Part shown: piece by piece, positions 17,502 to 27,125 of the stretch
How positions within the stretch are numbered: position 1 is the stretch's first letter
How the letters are laid out: each line of letters starts with the position of its first letter
Source of the DNA: a virus
IMG/VR virus record: IMGVR_UViG_3300027747_002198
Location: 1-64,000 of that record
Direction: 5' to 3' (one strand)
Length of the DNA stretch: 64,000 nucleotides
Notes under the pieces: model-generated
What the model saw: only the letters and a program-made list of their open reading frames with translations
Told to the model about the DNA's origin: nothing
Database searches by the model: none
Program-made: the position numbers and the translations under genes

Positions 17502-19175
17502 ATGTCCACTATAAAAATTTCACAATTAGCTCCGTTGCCTTCAATTGCGGCTAATACCTCGAATACTTTATTTCTAGGTGTTGATATTCCTTCAGGTATT
17601 ACAGGTAAATTTACTGCCACTATATTATCACAACAATTGTTTGCTAACAACATTTTAAACGTTGGTACAAACCAGCAAAATTTACCTAATACAATTGCTC
17701 AGTTTTCATTAAATGGGGAATCTTATATTCAAACTAACCTTGTTAACACTAATGATGGTGGTTCTGCTGATATTGTTGTAACCGCTAACGTTGGTTCTGG
17801 TGGTTCTGATTCGACTAACTTTATTGATATGGGTTGGGTTAATAAAAATTATCAACCAGGTTCAGAATATAATAATATTGGTACCGCAGTTAGACCAAAT
17901 GATGGTTATTTGTATACTCAAGGTACAGCAGGCCAGCCTTATGGTAACTTAATTATTGGTACAACATCTTCAAATGCGCAAATAAAATTTATCGCTGGTG
18001 GTGGTCAATCAGCAAACATTGTTGCTAGAATGACTTCAACTGGTTTGGTATTAAATACCCAATCATTTATTACTTTCTCTGACGGTACCGTACAAACCAC
18101 GGCTGGTTCCTCTGTAGCTAATACTGTATATTTACAAAACGGATTAAACACCGCTAATGCCAATATCTCATATCTTTTTGGTGTAAATTTAGCCCAAAAT
18201 ACTAATATTCAATCCGCATGGAATACTGCAAATACTGCGTTACAGAATACATCAGGAACATTTGCTGGTAGTTTAACTGTTACTGGAAATATTATATCAC
18301 TAAGTGGATCAGTTTCAACAACAAGTTTAACTTCTAACGGCACAAGTAATTTAATAGGAAATGTTGTTATTAGTGGTATCACAACAATGTTGGGTTTTGT
18401 AAGTATGAACAACTCAACATTTAGTTCAAACACCGCAATGGTAAGAATAACCGGCAGTAACAACTTCTCAGTTGTTCAACCATCCAATTCTTATTACATG
18501 TTGCAAATTACTGGTAGGGCTAATAGTGCCACCAGATTAGTAATGGATAGTTTTGGCCAAAATACTTATCCTGTATATGTTGGTCGTATGGCTAGGGGTT
18601 CTGCTGATAATCCACAGCCATCACAAAATAACGATGTGTTGCTTCGTGTAGTAGGCAATGGTTGGACAGGAACACAATTTGCTTCATCAAGTCCAACTAA
18701 AATTGATTTTGTTGCTTCTGAAAACTTTAGTGATACAAATCGTGGTACCGCAATTCAATTTTGGAATACTTCAAATGGATCAAATACAATTCAAAAAATT
18801 GCTACATTTAATGCGGATTCAGTATCATTTTCCGGTTATGTAATTCCACAAAAAGGATTCGTTTATACTCCATTGGTATATCCAAGTGTTCAAACCGCTA
18901 TTACAATTGATGTGGCCAATAATTCATTGGTTCGTGCTCAAACTGCAACCGGTTTAGCTGTGACTTTATCCAATTTAACTGCTGGCAAAGAAGTTGTGGC
19001 ATGGATTACAAATACTGCAGGTACGAATCAAACATTCACTCATGGCATTTCTGCTACAAACTCAACCACAAACTCAACCACATATGCAATACCAGGAACA
19101 TCAACTATTTTGGCAAGATATATGAGTATTGATGGTACTTTGCAAAATACTTTCGTAGCTGTCACACACGCTTAA
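17502..19175 (+). CDS. Putative baseplate-associated fibre protein
   Basis: N-terminal IKISQL, ITFSDGTVQTTA, coiled-coil NTANANI module shared with other fibres in the window. Confidence 0.55.
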   Translation: MSTIKISQLAPLPSIAANTSNTLFLGVDIPSGITGKFTATILSQQLFANNILNVGTNQQNLPNTIAQFSLNGESYIQTNLVNTNDGGSADIVVTANVGSGGSDSTNFIDMGWVNKNYQPGSEYNNIGTAVRPNDGYLYTQGTAGQPYGNLIIGTTSSNAQIKFIAGGGQSANIVARMTSTGLVLNTQSFITFSDGTVQTTAGSSVANTVYLQNGLNTANANISYLFGVNLAQNTNIQSAWNTANTALQNTSGTFAGSLTVTGNIISLSGSVSTTSLTSNGTSNLIGNVVISGITTMLGFVSMNNSTFSSNTAMVRITGSNNFSVVQPSNSYYMLQITGRANSATRLVMDSFGQNTYPVYVGRMARGSADNPQPSQNNDVLLRVVGNGWTGTQFASSSPTKIDFVASENFSDTNRGTAIQFWNTSNGSNTIQKIATFNADSVSFSGYVIPQKGFVYTPLVYPSVQTAITIDVANNSLVRAQTATGLAVTLSNLTAGKEVVAWITNTAGTNQTFTHGISATNSTTNSTTYAIPGTSTILARYMSIDGTLQNTFVAVTHA

Positions 19176-19181
19176 TAAATA
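19174..19181 (+). promoter_or_regulatory. Late promoter 4 nt upstream of the gp8 ATG
   Basis: AATAAATA-AATC-ATG. Confidence 0.5.
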
Positions 19182-19185
19182 AATC

Positions 19186-20595
19186 ATGACATTTAAATCA
19201 CTATTAACTTATGGCGCCAAAGTTGGTTCAGTAGAACAGGTCTACTATGCTCCTAATACGGTTGTTCCACCAAATTATGCAATTCCACTTTCTTCGGTCT
19301 ATTGTGTTTTGGCAAAGAATGATCCTTGGGACGATGAAAATAATCCTCCACAACCTACTCAAGACCAGCAATATATAAAATCATTTTATAATAAAATTTT
19401 TGCGGCTAAACTAATTACTTCAGATTATATTTCTCCAGTAATTCAAAGAATTGATTGGACATTCGGTTCTACTTATGATTTTTATCAAGATAATATTGAT
19501 ATGTTTGCAACCGATAGTAATGGATTTTTAATATTAAATTTCTACGTAAAAAATAGGTACGACCAAGTATTTAAATGTCTGTTCAACAATTCATCTTTGG
19601 TCGATGGAGTATATGTTGGTACGCCGTCAACTGACGAACCTAAATTCCAACCAGGTTCATACAATACAAATAAAATATACACCGGTACCGATGGTTACAA
19701 GTGGAAATATATGTTTACTGTTGACACAGGTGCAAAAGTTAAGTTTATGGATTCAAACTGGATTCCGGTTCCTGTTGGACAAAACACTCCAAACCCACTA
19801 ACAACTGCTGCAGGTATTGGAGATGTTGAAGTAATTAATGTTGTTTACGGAGGTTCTGGTTATAACACTTCTAATGCTCCTGTTTATATTACTGTTACAG
19901 GTGATGGTACCGGTGCAAATGGTACAGCATCAGTAAATAATACAACAGGTATGATTACAGACATTACTATAAATTATACTGGTTCAAATTACAGTTATGC
20001 TAATGTCGTAATACAATCAGCAAACGGTGCTGGGGCTATCGCAATAGCTCCCGTTTCTCCCGTTTCAGGTCACGGTTACGATCCAATATCTGAATTAGGT
20101 TGCAGTCATGTAATGTTGTGTGCCGAATTTAGTGGCGATGAACGTATTGGTGGAGTTCCACAGATTCCTACAGACATAATGTATCATCAAATAGGGTTAA
20201 TGGTTAATCCGGTTGATAAAAATTCATCTCCTAATCCTGCAAATGGATCAACATATCGAGTATCAACAAGTTTGACTGTTTCTCCTGGTGCAGGAGTATT
20301 TCAAAATGACGAACTCATATATCAAACAGATACTTCTGGAACAACAACTTTTGTTGGAACAGTATTAAGTTTTAATACCTCAACCAACCAGGTTTATGTG
20401 ATAAATATAAGCGGAACTCCAACATTAAACGGTCAAATTTCTGGAAATTCATCAAGAACTACGAGAGCTTTATTGCAAGTTGATCTTCCAGTATATGTGG
20501 CTGCTTCTGGATATTTGGCGTCAATAGAAAATAGAACCGGTATACAAAGAAGTCCAGACGGAATAGAACAATTTAAGTTTGTATTAGGTTATTAA
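19186..20595 (+). CDS. gp8: Baseplate wedge subunit gp8
   Basis: VIQRIDW, FYVKN...VFKCLFN, STDEP, DGYKWKYMFT, GHGYDPISELG, ENR..I.RS. Confidence 0.88.
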   Translation: MTFKSLLTYGAKVGSVEQVYYAPNTVVPPNYAIPLSSVYCVLAKNDPWDDENNPPQPTQDQQYIKSFYNKIFAAKLITSDYISPVIQRIDWTFGSTYDFYQDNIDMFATDSNGFLILNFYVKNRYDQVFKCLFNNSSLVDGVYVGTPSTDEPKFQPGSYNTNKIYTGTDGYKWKYMFTVDTGAKVKFMDSNWIPVPVGQNTPNPLTTAAGIGDVEVINVVYGGSGYNTSNAPVYITVTGDGTGANGTASVNNTTGMITDITINYTGSNYSYANVVIQSANGAGAIAIAPVSPVSGHGYDPISELGCSHVMLCAEFSGDERIGGVPQIPTDIMYHQIGLMVNPVDKNSSPNPANGSTYRVSTSLTVSPGAGVFQNDELIYQTDTSGTTTFVGTVLSFNTSTNQVYVINISGTPTLNGQISGNSSRTTRALLQVDLPVYVAASGYLASIENRTGIQRSPDGIEQFKFVLGY

Positions 20596-20604
20596 GGGAA
20601 TAAA

Positions 20605-23600
20605 ATGGCATTTAATTTTAACGCTGGTCCATACTATGATGATTTTGATCAAACAAAGAATTTTCATAGAATTCTTTTTAAACCTGGAGTTGCAGTTCAG
20701 GCCAGAGAATTAACTCAATCTCAAACTATTCTTCAAGACCAAATTACCAAATTTGCTGATAATATTTTTAAGCAAAATTCTCCTGTTACTGGAGGTCAAG
20801 TAACTACCAATTTTAATTGTTCTTATGTAAAATTACAAGCAACTTACAATAATGCCAATATTGATGTAACACAATTTATTAATAAATTAATAACAGATGC
20901 AACAGGTACAGTTTTAGCTCGTGTAATAGGTTATTCTACTCCAATTAGTAATGATCCTCCAACTTTAATTGTTTCGTATCTTTCAGGTACTCAATTTAGC
21001 GACAATTCTACAATATTTGATACTGCTCAGTCCGGATTAAAAGCTCAAACAATTGTTTCTGGTTCAACAGGACTTTCTTCTGTAGCTTCTATTTCTCAAG
21101 GTGTTTTTTATGTTCTTGGCAACTTTGTACAAGTTCAACCTTCAACAATTGTTTTAAGTAAATATAGCAGTACTCCAAATACTCGTATTGGTTTAACTAT
21201 TACGGAAGCAACTATTGATTATATTAATGATGTTTCTTTATTAGACCCTGCAGTTGGTGCATCAAATTATCAAGCACCAGGAGCTGATAGGTATTTAATT
21301 AGTTTAACATTAGATTCTCGTCCATTAACTTTTGGCGATGACCAAAACTTTATAGAATTGGTTCGTGTTGAAAACGGAGAAGTTTCAAAATTAGTTGATG
21401 GTTCGGTATACAATGTAATTGATGATTATTTTGCTAAGCGTGATTATGAAACTAATGGTGATTACGTTGTTAATGATTTTAAATTAACTCCAAAAACAAA
21501 TGTAAACGATTCTTCAAATAATACTTACATTATGTCAATTGGTAAAGGTGTTGCGTATGTTCACGGATATCGTGTAGAAAGTACAACACAAACCAATTTA
21601 GTTTCTAATCGAGCAAGAACTATAGCTTCACAAAATACTAATTCAGTATATGTTGATTACGGAAATTATTTTTATGTCAATAGTACAAATGGTATTTTTA
21701 ATAGCACAACTACTGCAAACGTTGATTTGCATTGTGTAACATTATCAAATGTTAGCACAACCAACGCAGCATCATATTCTTCAACATTAGTGGGTTCTGG
21801 TTATATTCGTTCATTGGTTTATGATCATAATTTAGTAGATTCACAAAGCAATACTTATGTGTATAGAGCTTATGTTCATGATGTTCAAACTACTTCACCA
21901 AGTGCAAACGTGGTTGCCGCAACAGTTAATACTGTAACCTTGCCTTCAACATATTCTTCATCTAACGCTGCTTACATTGGTGTTAATATTTCAATTACTA
22001 CTGGAACAGATGCTGGCGATTTTAGAACTATTGTTGCTTATAACGGCGTAACCAAAGTAGCTACAGTTAATCAAAACTGGACAGTTACACCAGACACATC
22101 TTCAATATTCTCTTTAAATTTTGACATTAAAGATACTGAAATTATTGTTGGAGCTAACAAAGCTTCTTATCCTGCAACTATTACTGCTTCTGCAGCTATT
22201 GATATTGGAAGTAGGGCCAACGGAATTTCAACAGGTACCGCTACATTAATTGGTACTGGTGCTCCAGAAATGTTGTTTAAAATTGGAAATCCTTATGTGT
22301 CGGTGCTAGGCAATACCTCTTATATAACAGAATATTTGTGGACTGGCGTTAACTTTTCATACAGTTCAGGTTCTTATAGTGCACAAATAACTGTACCTTC
22401 ATATTTGCAACACCCTGGAAATTTAGGACAAACATTATCATCAAGTCAAATTAAAAATAATTTTTACATTGTTGTAACTTCTACTGGATCAGGCTGTGTT
22501 TATAATGTTGGTCAAGTTCTTTCATGGACACTTGCTTCTAGAACTATTGGTTTGGATGCTATTAACGGTTACACAGCTACATTAACTGTGACTGCGGCTG
22601 ATTGTGGTGGAACATTTACAGCATCCATTTTAGAAAAATTAACGGCAGCAACTGCAAATGATTCTGGTACACATTTATTAAAACGTAAGAATTTAATTAC
22701 CGCCAATACAATTGCAATTAATACTTCAAATACTAACGTTGTTCCTGGAGTATATGTTGATAATACTGCGTTAACATCTTTTGGCCAAGTGTTTGTTCAA
22801 AATTCTGCTTTACCTGCACCAGGAAACAAACAAAGTTTATACCTGTCTGACGTTAAAAGTATTGTTAAAATCATTGATACGCAAAGTCCTTCTGCTTGGC
22901 CGACTGTTGCAATGATAAACAATCCTGCTTATGATGTTACGTCTAATTTCTTATTTGATAGTGGCCAAAGAGATTCATTTTATGATCACGCATCTCTACA
23001 ATTAAAAACTGGCGCTCCTACAATCAAAGGTAATTTATTTGTATTACTTAATTATTATCAACATTCGGATGGCGATGGTTATTTTAGTGTTCAGTCTTAT
23101 ACGGGGTCATCTCAACCAGATACATATCAAAGTATTCCTACTTTTACAAGCAGTCACGGAACAACATATCAATTGCGTGATGTAATGGATTTTAGACCTT
23201 CTCGATTAAATGCTCAAACAGCCTTTACATATCGTTTAGGTTATTCAACAAGTATATATTTGCCGGTAGATGGTTCTTACATAACTAACACCTATTCTTA
23301 TTATCTTGGTCGTAAAGATAAATTGGTATTAAGTAAAGATAGGAGCTTCCAAGTTATTCAAGGAAATCCTTCACTTAGTCCTATTTTCCCCGCAGAGCCA
23401 GACGGAGCATTAGTAATTGCTAATTTAACACATACACCATATACTGGTTATGTGCCAACAGAAGCTCCTTCAGGTGTCGTTCCAGATTTATCTGTACAAA
23501 AAGTTAAACACAAACGTTACACCATGCAAGATATTGCTGGTTTAGAAACTCGTATTAATCAAATTGAATACTATACATCATTGAATTCTTTGGAACAAAG

Positions 23601-26600
23601 CGCAACAAGCCTTCAAATTCCTGATGCTTACGGAATCAATCGTTTTAAAAATGGTATTCTTGTTGATGATTTTTCAAGTTATGCAACCGCAGACACATTA
23701 AATCCAGATTATAATTTAACAATTAATCGCCGCACTCGTCAAATGACAGCAGGACAAAATGTTCAAAATTTTCCATTAAAGAGTTTGGCACAAATTTATA
23801 ATATGGGATTGATTTCGCAAAGTGCAATGTCGAATTTAGGTTATACAATTAATTCCGATGGTTACGTTAACTATTTTAGTTTACCTTATAGCACAACAGA
23901 AGCAGCTTCACAAAAATTTGCTTCTCGTACAGTCAATGTTAATCCATTTGCTGTTTCAATTTCAACAGGTATAACTTCATTATCTCCAAATGTGGATAAT
24001 TGGGTGGATAACACCGCTGCACCTTCTTTGTTAATTACTGATCCTAATTTACAAGTATTCCGTTCTAGCGGTAATATCAATGTGCTAACTGCCGGCGATT
24101 GGAAAACAATCTCTGGTACATCATATACAACTTCGTATAATGTAGAAGGGCACAATATTAATCCAAGTCCGTTTGGCTATGTTGGTTACACACAAACATC
24201 AACATATACAACAACAAATCAAGCACAAACTAATGTTTTAGGACCATATGACCAAATTGGTAACACATACTCATTAAATAACGGATATATTACTGACATT
24301 TCTGTATTACCATTTATTAGAACTCAACAAATTGTAGTTCGTTCTTCTGGAATGTTGTTAAACACCTTAGTGAATAATTATTTTGATAACACAAATGTTG
24401 ATAAGTTTGTTCGTAAAGCAAATATAATTGAACTTACAGGAGTTACAGGAACATTTAATGAAGATGACGTAATTGGTTATTATACAAATAGTATATTCAC
24501 ACCAACGGCTCGGGTATTAGGCGTTTATGTTTATTCAGGAACTAATGGCACTCAAGTAAGATTGTATGTTGCGGCTGATGGTTCAACGACTACTGCAAAC
24601 TATACTACAATCGGAACAATTCAAAACGGATTCTTTGATTCAAATGGAAACTATCAAGCGTCCAGTAGTACTGGTAGTGGTACTGTTTCATCAACAACCC
24701 ATTGGGGCGGTAGAGTTACCAATGTAAGTGGTAATCAAATCACTTTGTCACCTTTGGCATCATCAACAGATATCTACTCAACTAAAACCATTTATATTTG
24801 TGCAGGATTAGGCATAGGACAATCTGCAACAATTACTTCTTACAACACATCAACTAAAGTGGCAACTTTATCCTCAAGTCTTACCGCATCGATAGGTGAT
24901 GTGTACTCAATTGGGACTTTTACCACAAATGAAGATGGTTCTCTATATGGTATCTTTAATGTGCCAGCAAATAATTTCCATACCGGCCAACGTGTGTTCC
25001 GTGTAGACAATTCTTATGGAAATACCGGAGCAGCAACTACAACAGCTGAAGGAACTTTTTATTCTGAAGGGTTACATACTGTTTCTCAAGGAGTAGATTT
25101 TGGTGCTTCACCTGCGGGCGCTAAAGGAACATTTACGCAGACCAATTATCAATCAACAAACTCAGTTCAAACATATATTTCTCCGTGGGATCCTGTGGCA
25201 CAAACATTTATCTTCCCAAAAGATAATTATCCAAATGGTTTATTTTTAAGTTCTATTACTGTATTTTTTGAAGCAAAACCATTGACATCCGCCACACCAG
25301 TTACATTATCAATTGTTGGTACACAAAATGGTTATCCAAATGGAGAAACTTTAGATCATTCTATTGTTACGTTGACTCCAGACATGGTAACCACAACAAC
25401 ACAACCAAATTCAATTGATTCGGTTGGCCAAACAGTATTTAAATTTTCTGCTCCAGTTTATATTCAACCAGGTGTATTGTATGCTTTTATCTTAAAAACA
25501 GCTTCAACCGAATATATTTTGTGGTCGGCATCTAAAGGAGATACTGCATTACCATCTTCGGTTTCAAATATACCGCCAAGTTCATCATCTTATGTTGCAC
25601 CATCAAACATCACCAAAATTGGTTCCGCACCATATGTTGGAGCTTTATTTTTATCACAAAACTCACAAACATGGACTGCTGACCAAAATCAAGATTTAAT
25701 GTTTACAATTAATCGTTGTGTATTCTCCACTAGTAGCACACCAACAATTCAATATGTGTTACCTAAAAAATTACCTCAACGTGCATTGGTTGACCAAAGT
25801 TTGGATTATTATTTAAATGCAAATAATATTTCTACTGCAATTACTAATGCGTCTAATACAGATATTTTAGTTGACGCATTTAACGTTACAACAACTGATT
25901 TTGTGCCTACAACTACAAGTATCAATTATTCTTATAGTTCAACATATGCAGGTAGTGGTTCAAGTACTCCAGTAAATAATATTCTTCCTGGAAAATTTGG
26001 TACTGCAACACAAGACGATATCTATCTGAATGACGGAAATGGTGAACGTATTATTTTGGCCAACACCAATCAGTCATTCTCGGTATACGCATCACTATCT
26101 ACAAATGACAATGCAGTTTCACCAATTATTTCTGATGCTGGTTTGTCAGTATACGCCGTTAAGTGGAATATTAACAATTGTGAATTATCCAACTCATTAA
26201 TTACAATAGTTTCTGGTGGTACAGGTTATGCAAACGGTGCTTCAGGTAATACTTATGGTTCAGCAAATGTATCCGTATCTGCTCCGACTGCTGCAAACGG
26301 TGGTATTCAAGCCTATGCGTCCGCAAACGTTGCTAATGGCGTGGTAACTTCCGTTTATATTACTACACCAGGTTCTGGTTACATATCAACACCAACAATT
26401 ACAATTACTAGTGCCACAGGTTCAGGTGCAAACGTTATAGTTGCTGGAGAAACATCCAAGAATGGCGGTAATGCTCTTTCTCGATATGTAACTAAGAAAG
26501 TTGTTTTGGATCCAGGTTACGATTCTGGAGATTTGAATGTTTATCTTACTGCTTACAGACCAGTCAATACAGATATTAATGTATACTACAAAATATTAAA

Positions 26601-26898
26601 TCGTAATGACACACAAAAGTTTGAAGATGGTGTATGGCAGTTGATGACCAAAATTAACAATTCTGGTGCTGCTTATTCACAAACAAGAGATAATACGATT
26701 GAATTTAGTTTTGCTCCTGGTACATCTGGTTCAGATCAAGGTTTTGTAACTTATACAAGTACAACAGGACAAGTATATACTACCTTTAGTCAGTTTGCAA
26801 TTAAAGTTGTATTGACTTCTTCGGATCGTACTTTTGTTCCGTACTTAACTGATCTTCGTGCTTTGGCTTTACCACCAAACACTAATACAACGGTATAA
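20605..26898 (+). CDS. Large virion structural protein, VrlC/DUF4815-like (2097 aa)
   Basis: PYYDDFD..KNFHRILFKPG.AVQARELTQ.Q, APGADR, KRYTMQDI..LE.RI..IEYYTSL, RFKNGILVDDF, DPVAQTF, C-terminal FAIKVV...DLRALAL. Confidence 0.8.
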   Translation: MAFNFNAGPYYDDFDQTKNFHRILFKPGVAVQARELTQSQTILQDQITKFADNIFKQNSPVTGGQVTTNFNCSYVKLQATYNNANIDVTQFINKLITDATGTVLARVIGYSTPISNDPPTLIVSYLSGTQFSDNSTIFDTAQSGLKAQTIVSGSTGLSSVASISQGVFYVLGNFVQVQPSTIVLSKYSSTPNTRIGLTITEATIDYINDVSLLDPAVGASNYQAPGADRYLISLTLDSRPLTFGDDQNFIELVRVENGEVSKLVDGSVYNVIDDYFAKRDYETNGDYVVNDFKLTPKTNVNDSSNNTYIMSIGKGVAYVHGYRVESTTQTNLVSNRARTIASQNTNSVYVDYGNYFYVNSTNGIFNSTTTANVDLHCVTLSNVSTTNAASYSSTLVGSGYIRSLVYDHNLVDSQSNTYVYRAYVHDVQTTSPSANVVAATVNTVTLPSTYSSSNAAYIGVNISITTGTDAGDFRTIVAYNGVTKVATVNQNWTVTPDTSSIFSLNFDIKDTEIIVGANKASYPATITASAAIDIGSRANGISTGTATLIGTGAPEMLFKIGNPYVSVLGNTSYITEYLWTGVNFSYSSGSYSAQITVPSYLQHPGNLGQTLSSSQIKNNFYIVVTSTGSGCVYNVGQVLSWTLASRTIGLDAINGYTATLTVTAADCGGTFTASILEKLTAATANDSGTHLLKRKNLITANTIAINTSNTNVVPGVYVDNTALTSFGQVFVQNSALPAPGNKQSLYLSDVKSIVKIIDTQSPSAWPTVAMINNPAYDVTSNFLFDSGQRDSFYDHASLQLKTGAPTIKGNLFVLLNYYQHSDGDGYFSVQSYTGSSQPDTYQSIPTFTSSHGTTYQLRDVMDFRPSRLNAQTAFTYRLGYSTSIYLPVDGSYITNTYSYYLGRKDKLVLSKDRSFQVIQGNPSLSPIFPAEPDGALVIANLTHTPYTGYVPTEAPSGVVPDLSVQKVKHKRYTMQDIAGLETRINQIEYYTSLNSLEQSATSLQIPDAYGINRFKNGILVDDFSSYATADTLNPDYNLTINRRTRQMTAGQNVQNFPLKSLAQIYNMGLISQSAMSNLGYTINSDGYVNYFSLPYSTTEAASQKFASRTVNVNPFAVSISTGITSLSPNVDNWVDNTAAPSLLITDPNLQVFRSSGNINVLTAGDWKTISGTSYTTSYNVEGHNINPSPFGYVGYTQTSTYTTTNQAQTNVLGPYDQIGNTYSLNNGYITDISVLPFIRTQQIVVRSSGMLLNTLVNNYFDNTNVDKFVRKANIIELTGVTGTFNEDDVIGYYTNSIFTPTARVLGVYVYSGTNGTQVRLYVAADGSTTTANYTTIGTIQNGFFDSNGNYQASSSTGSGTVSSTTHWGGRVTNVSGNQITLSPLASSTDIYSTKTIYICAGLGIGQSATITSYNTSTKVATLSSSLTASIGDVYSIGTFTTNEDGSLYGIFNVPANNFHTGQRVFRVDNSYGNTGAATTTAEGTFYSEGLHTVSQGVDFGASPAGAKGTFTQTNYQSTNSVQTYISPWDPVAQTFIFPKDNYPNGLFLSSITVFFEAKPLTSATPVTLSIVGTQNGYPNGETLDHSIVTLTPDMVTTTTQPNSIDSVGQTVFKFSAPVYIQPGVLYAFILKTASTEYILWSASKGDTALPSSVSNIPPSSSSYVAPSNITKIGSAPYVGALFLSQNSQTWTADQNQDLMFTINRCVFSTSSTPTIQYVLPKKLPQRALVDQSLDYYLNANNISTAITNASNTDILVDAFNVTTTDFVPTTTSINYSYSSTYAGSGSSTPVNNILPGKFGTATQDDIYLNDGNGERIILANTNQSFSVYASLSTNDNAVSPIISDAGLSVYAVKWNINNCELSNSLITIVSGGTGYANGASGNTYGSANVSVSAPTAANGGIQAYASANVANGVVTSVYITTPGSGYISTPTITITSATGSGANVIVAGETSKNGGNALSRYVTKKVVLDPGYDSGDLNVYLTAYRPVNTDINVYYKILNRNDTQKFEDGVWQLMTKINNSGAAYSQTRDNTIEFSFAPGTSGSDQGFVTYTSTTGQVYTTFSQFAIKVVLTSSDRTFVPYLTDLRALALPPNTNTTV

Positions 26899-26900
26899 TT

Positions 26901-27125
26901 ATGTTAGTTCAAGTTACTGGTACAAAATTGGTTCGTGATACGGAAACAATGGCTCTCATTAATAAAGATATTAATGGACTGGAAGAATATAATTTAAAAA
27001 GAAAAATTGCAGCCAGCCAAAAAGAAGAAATAAATACAATTAAATCGGAAATCAACAACATAAAAAACGATATGAGTGAAATTAAACAGTTGTTGTTCAA
27101 ACTTTTAGAAGGTACAAATGGCTAA
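26901..27125 (+). CDS. Small coiled-coil protein typically found after VrlC-like genes
   Basis: LVRDTETMALINKD, C-terminal heptads EINNIKNDMSEIKQLL. Confidence 0.7.
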   Translation: MLVQVTGTKLVRDTETMALINKDINGLEEYNLKRKIAASQKEEINTIKSEINNIKNDMSEIKQLLFKLLEGTNG

